In this document: positions 59,347 through 64,000 of the stretch, piece after piece | How positions within the stretch are numbered: the first letter of the stretch is position 1 | Layout: the number at the start of each line of letters is the position of its first letter | NCBI RefSeq assembly: GCF_038025025.1 | Contig: NW_027117338.1 | Span: 1,550,001-1,614,000 of the forward strand | Direction of reading: 5' to 3' | DNA length: 64,000 nt | Source of the DNA: Phyllosticta citribraziliensis | Lineage: Eukaryota | Translations under genes and position numbers: made by a program | The notes under the pieces: generated by a model | The model's input: only the letters and a program-made list of their open reading frames with translations | Databases searched by the model: none | Told to the model about the DNA's origin: nothing

Positions 59347-61239
59347 ATGCTGGCCGACCTTCCGGCAGAGCTTCTCACAAATATAGCGACCCACATCGAG
59401 CGCGCACAAGACTTGCGCAACCTTTCGCAGACATGCCGCCAACTGAACGCATATGTCCGGGAAGAAGGCTGGAAAATGTTTCTTCGCGTCCGGTTTCCAT
59501 CGTACCCTCGAGTCGACCAGCCTGCCCACAACCTCGTCCACTCCTTGACGACTCTTTCTCGAAACTTTGATCGCAAAGCCCTCGTGGCGCGCCAACTTGA
59601 GCCTTCGGGCTCCATAATGTCCCTGAATACAAGAGAGCAACTTTCAACATGGAAAAAGCCCCGAGGACAGACCATGGGTTATGTACCTTGTCTAGATTCA
59701 TACGAAAGGTTCAACGGCGGAGACTCTCATGGTCGGAGAGAGATACTCGCATGGAGCGCAGGATCAGATCTCTTGATACGGGCAAAAGAGACTGGTCCAG
59801 CTGTGGAGGCCTTGTATGAGGGCTGTTCAGCCGCAGACAGGCACACCTACTTTGACCAGTATCATCACAAAACCGATTGGCACGTTTTCAAGATACCTGG
59901 CTCGATTGAAGGCAGAGACGATATCACATGCATGCAGATCCTTAGACCTCTCCAGAGAAAAGCCAGCCCAAATTTCGGGCGCTATGTGGAGCCAATCATG
60001 GTCGGCACTGCTGATGGAGAACTGAATCTTCTCCACTTGAACCTTGATGTAGTCCCATCTTGGCGGAGATATATCTACAATACGAGTAATCGTTTTGTGA
60101 GGGCTATTTCTACGTCTTCATCGCCAAAGCCTATACTAGCCGCCGCTCTAGGACGTTCAGATTTGGCCCTTTATCCAGTCTATCCGGGAGACAGCAGACC
60201 TACTTCGGAGATAGAGCCTATAAGCGAGTTCAACTTGCTGCCGGACAATGGCTCGGAGTCTTTGCCCCGCATATGGTCATCTCGCTTTCTATCTCCAGAG
60301 CGCCTCCTCGTAGGAGTTGGTCCTTCCCAAGAGCCCATACAGTTGTGCGCGATAACTCCGACTGGATTCGCGACGGACCCGATTCGAAAATTCACTATCG
60401 AATCTTCGTCGTCCGACTCCTTGTCTAATCCCGCGAATGCCAAAATGTCGTCGGTTTATCCCCTTTCGGGCCTACCCTCAGCCTCAGATCCAGAGCGAGA
60501 TGACCCCAACCTCTTCCTCAGTGGATGGTATGACGGCGTCGTACGAATACACGATATCCGCTCGCCCTCTTCGCACGTCTCGAGCTATTGGGACACCACC
60601 GAGGACGGCGCGGTGTACTCGATACTCCCAAAGGCGCGTGAAAGGCTCTTGGTTGGCGGCTCGAAGCACTGCTTGCTCAAATTCTTCGATCTTCGTGTCT
60701 CCGGAGGCCGAGCCTACCACCATTCAAATGTCGACAACATGGAAAAGAGTGCTGAAGTGAACTCGTCTGGAGACAGTGGCTGGGACCTTTTTTTGCATCC
60801 CAGGAACGAGTCTCCCAATCGCCGAAATCGCGCAGTTGATTCTCCTGTGTACTCTTTGACGAGTCCGTCACCATACTCTCCGTCGATTTTCGCAGGACTC
60901 GAGGACCACGCTATGCAAGTAGATTTGACCTCAATCCACGACCCTCACCCAGATCCCATGTTTGAGGATTGTCTGGTCCGCACTGGCAAGAAGAAGATTG
61001 TCAACGTCAAGAAGAGCTGGAATCCGAGGGGTGATGTGGCTTGTTTGGCCGGGTACAATCAAAGTGCCGTGCAATTGAATGTTCAGTCAGGTGTCGGTTT
61101 GCATCAAGGCACTTTGCCCGGATGGGACGAGCGATGGATGAGCAGCAAAGACGGGACCTCGAACTCTTTCCAACAAAACCACGCCGCGCGCCCGCGTACT
61201 CAACGTATCCGGCGGCCGAACGGCAATGCTGGGCGATAG
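59347..61239 (+). CDS. F-box protein with a probable WD40-like beta-propeller
   Basis: MLADLPAELLTNIATHI....DLRNLSQTCRQL F-box; FLSGWYDGVVRIHDIR and LLVGG.KHCLLKFFDLR WD-like repeats. Confidence 0.85.
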   Translation: MLADLPAELLTNIATHIERAQDLRNLSQTCRQLNAYVREEGWKMFLRVRFPSYPRVDQPAHNLVHSLTTLSRNFDRKALVARQLEPSGSIMSLNTREQLSTWKKPRGQTMGYVPCLDSYERFNGGDSHGRREILAWSAGSDLLIRAKETGPAVEALYEGCSAADRHTYFDQYHHKTDWHVFKIPGSIEGRDDITCMQILRPLQRKASPNFGRYVEPIMVGTADGELNLLHLNLDVVPSWRRYIYNTSNRFVRAISTSSSPKPILAAALGRSDLALYPVYPGDSRPTSEIEPISEFNLLPDNGSESLPRIWSSRFLSPERLLVGVGPSQEPIQLCAITPTGFATDPIRKFTIESSSSDSLSNPANAKMSSVYPLSGLPSASDPERDDPNLFLSGWYDGVVRIHDIRSPSSHVSSYWDTTEDGAVYSILPKARERLLVGGSKHCLLKFFDLRVSGGRAYHHSNVDNMEKSAEVNSSGDSGWDLFLHPRNESPNRRNRAVDSPVYSLTSPSPYSPSIFAGLEDHAMQVDLTSIHDPHPDPMFEDCLVRTGKKKIVNVKKSWNPRGDVACLAGYNQSAVQLNVQSGVGLHQGTLPGWDERWMSSKDGTSNSFQQNHAARPRTQRIRRPNGNAGR

Positions 61240-63383
61240 GCGTCGATCCAGACTTTTGATGTCGGCGAGCAGGATTGGACTCGAGTTTTTGCAGAATCCT
61301 CCATCGTCAGCTGTCGCTTCGTTTACAGGACGCTTCGGTCTGGATTCCGCGTTGGGATGCGAGAGCCTCTATCTTTAAGTCCATCGTCCAATCATGGGGG
61401 CGCCAACATCAGCCAAGCCGCGTAAGCGACGCCGCAAGCCCGCTTTGGTAAACGCGCTCCAGCCTTGTGGACTGATACCAGCCTGGAATGATTGCGAGGA
61501 ATGTCGCTGATTCTGGAGAAAGATAAGATGAGATGCTGCGATATGGTGATGTGACAGTCGACGGAGAAAGGATCGCGTTGGGTCGGACTGAGAATGATCC
61601 GACTGGTTTCAACTTCTTGCATTATTTCTTGCAAGGGCACGCTTGGATTGATGAAGTCTGATTAGAGGTGCATTTACAGCCGCAAGCGAGGCGCAGAGGT
61701 TTGGAATGTCAGCATTTTTACGCAGTTTACAGCATCGTCAACTCAGCTGTGCGCAATATCTTCCTTTACTGTTAGAAGTCACAGTGCGGCCACACGCTTG
61801 GAGCAGTCGTTTGATGCCGCAGATACTAATACCCTCAAAGACGGTTCTACTTTCCAGGTATCATCCAAACGAACATGAGTTTACAGATCGTACTGGCTCG
61901 GGTAGCCTGCAGGTTGAATATCTCTTCATTCACCATTTACCAACGTCGGAGAATTTCACGACAGGGTTTTATGCACCTTCGACTACAGTGGGTGGAAATC
62001 TTTTCAATCGACTCTGGAAAGGCGTGGTCTGGCTCAGGCTACAACGGTGTCATTTGACTCTTGTACAGCACCTTTTGGCAAACTCAAAACTCAGACACCG
62101 TTGCACCAAGTCACAAGAGAAAACAAAGTTCTTTCTAAAACTACCTACGAAGCAGCTGCCGTAGTTCGAAGTCAAATGCCGTGGCTACTACTGACACCTG
62201 CCAAATTAGGAAAGGACGGCTATTCCGTCGTCGGTTTCGGCACAGTTCGGCATCTTGAGCTGAAGGAGGACAACGGGTGGAGACGCGGGGACTGGGTGAA
62301 AAATTCTCCGCGCCTTCGCCCTGCGTTTGAAGTCCATACCTGGTGGATCACCATGGCTTGTCGACTAACATGCAGAAATACACGCGTTGTTCTCTTTTGT
62401 ACAGCTGGACTCGTACAAATTCACAGCATCCAGGACTACAACACTGCATTTCCCGCCTTTTGTTCACACATTCTTAAGGCTGTTGCTCAAAAGCCTAGTC
62501 TACAAGATCATTTATTTGCCAGGCTGAACAAGGTCACTGTAAAGCTCCATTGGGAATAATTCACCATCTTACTAACGCAGTCAGATGCCGGTCTTGGCCG
62601 CACACCCGAAGACAATTGGACGATGATTGTCGGTCAAGGGGCGGTCCCCAAGTCTGACGGTGTGCTCGGCATCCTAGCTTTAAAGCGGACGTTACGTTCG
62701 ATCTGCGTCCAGTCTCTTCGTAGTACCGTCTAGCCCTTGTCGAAAAATTGCACACGCCACTGTCGAAATACCGCGAAACGACTCATTCACTCGTGCTGGG
62801 AACCGTGGATTGGACATCGTTTCAAAAGAAACGGGAAAAGAAAACACCTTATCCACGCGGGTATGCACGTTGGAGATCAAATGACGTTGGTGATTCGCTC
62901 GGCAAGAAACCAATCCCTGCACTCTGCACCCCATTGCAACCGCGGAGAGAGAGCTTGATCCGGCGCCTCGCACTCGAGGACAGCCATCTGGGGAATTTTC
63001 TCGTTGGTGCGGGACCAATGACACCATCTTCACGAGGCCGAAAACAAAGTCAGCCGTAGTGTGCTATCATCGACCTCGACTCCCCGCATCCCTGCCGTTG
63101 CACCCTTAGCTCACCCACTATTCGCATGCAAGTTTATCAGCGATACCCATGCACTGAAGACCAATCGTCCATCTCGTAGTCGTACCATCGACTGGCTCCG
63201 CAACAAAAAGGGCAATATTGGCAGCCGCCTCATCCTCGATGCTGACCAGGCACACGCGATAGTAGGACAGAGCGCGCATGGATGGTGGGCTTGGAGGCTC
63301 GACAAGAGGGACTTTAAACGCAAGCCTCTCCCGCAAGCTTGTCCAGCCAGTCAGCCCTTTGGCGTCTGCTTGGTACCGCCATC

Positions 63384-64000
63384 ATGAAGATGCTCAAACG
63401 TCTTTGGAACCAACGGCTTCCCTCGTCGCCGACGTCTTCGACTCCGGACAATACGAGCGCGGACGCCGTCTCATATCGCGACAATGCCAAAATCGAGGCA
63501 AACATCAAAATCGATCCAGCGGAGCATGAACAACATGGCGCGAACCGGCCCATTGGTGTTGCCAAAGTGGAAGCTGTCCAGGCGCTTTACGGCAAATATG
63601 GCAAATACTGTCTTTGGTTGGGCCTGGCCATGATCATGATTGGCTTGTAAGTTTTCTTAAGGGTACCTTCTGTATGAAAAAAAATCTGAACTTGGATACA
63701 GTGAACTCGACAACAGTCTGGTCTACACATATCAAAACTACGGCACATCAGCCTTCAACAGCCTGTCCCTCCTGAGCACGCTCTCCACGGCCGGCACCAT
63801 TGTGAGCGCAGTCATCAAGCCGCCAGTCGCCAAAATCAGCGATGTCATCGGGCGTGGAGAGACGTACCTTTTCACCGTCTCCTTCTACCTCCTCTCCTAC
63901 GTCCTAACAGCCGCCTCTAAAAACATAAATACCTATGCTGCAGGCAAAATGTTTTACAGTGTCGGCCAATCTGGCACCAACATCTTGAATTCTGTCGTCT
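63384..64000 (+). CDS. Siderophore-iron transporter (MFS SIT/ARN family), truncated at the window end
   Basis: GVAKVEAVQ; after the intron ELDNSLVYTYQNYGTSAFNSLSLLSTLSTAGTIVSAVIKPPVAKISDVIGRGETY, YAAG..FYSVGQSG. Confidence 0.85.

Noticed and set aside
61984..62034. tacagtgggtggaaat...ggtctggct, a possible further element end
   Set aside because: Only one TIR-like end, with no 33-bp units or partner TIR found. If real it would be a counter-example to the orientation bias.
54940..64000. Secondary-metabolite or siderophore biosynthetic cluster (P450 + SIT transporter)
   Set aside because: No PKS, NRPS or terpene backbone gene in the window; it cannot be excluded beyond 64000

Overview
Intron-containing filamentous ascomycete DNA (Pezizomycotina inferred from GT-AG introns with CTRAC branch points, a velvet gene and a Zn2Cys6 gene) with about 23 protein-coding genes. 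Housekeeping or regulatory genes (F-box, long coiled-coil protein, COQ3, class I/II aminotransferase, GDP-mannose pyrophosphorylase, SRP40, SEC3, vosA-type velvet, P450, F-box/WD-like, siderophore transporter) alternate with two accessory-looking blocks. The first (~8.5-25 kb) holds a GT25, two paralogous S/T-rich membrane proteins, a divergent sugar porter + GH3 pair, a divergent homogentisate dioxygenase and a 2OG-Fe(II) oxygenase. The second (~39-49 kb) holds a DUF1445/D-glutamate-cyclase-like enzyme + anion:cation symporter + Zn2Cys6 trio, an AhpC-like protein and a secreted alpha/beta hydrolase. The most notable unexplained structure is a dispersed family of 150-220 bp non-coding elements (5 clear copies, 1-2 relics). 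They have terminal inverted repeats starting with CACAGTG (identical to the RAG/V(D)J RSS heptamer), 4-bp target-site duplications in two copies, and an internal 33-bp minisatellite of variable copy number. One copy shows RIP-like mutations, and every clear copy lies just downstream of a stop codon in the same orientation as the nearest gene. Exon boundaries and family assignments were read by eye; no searches were run.
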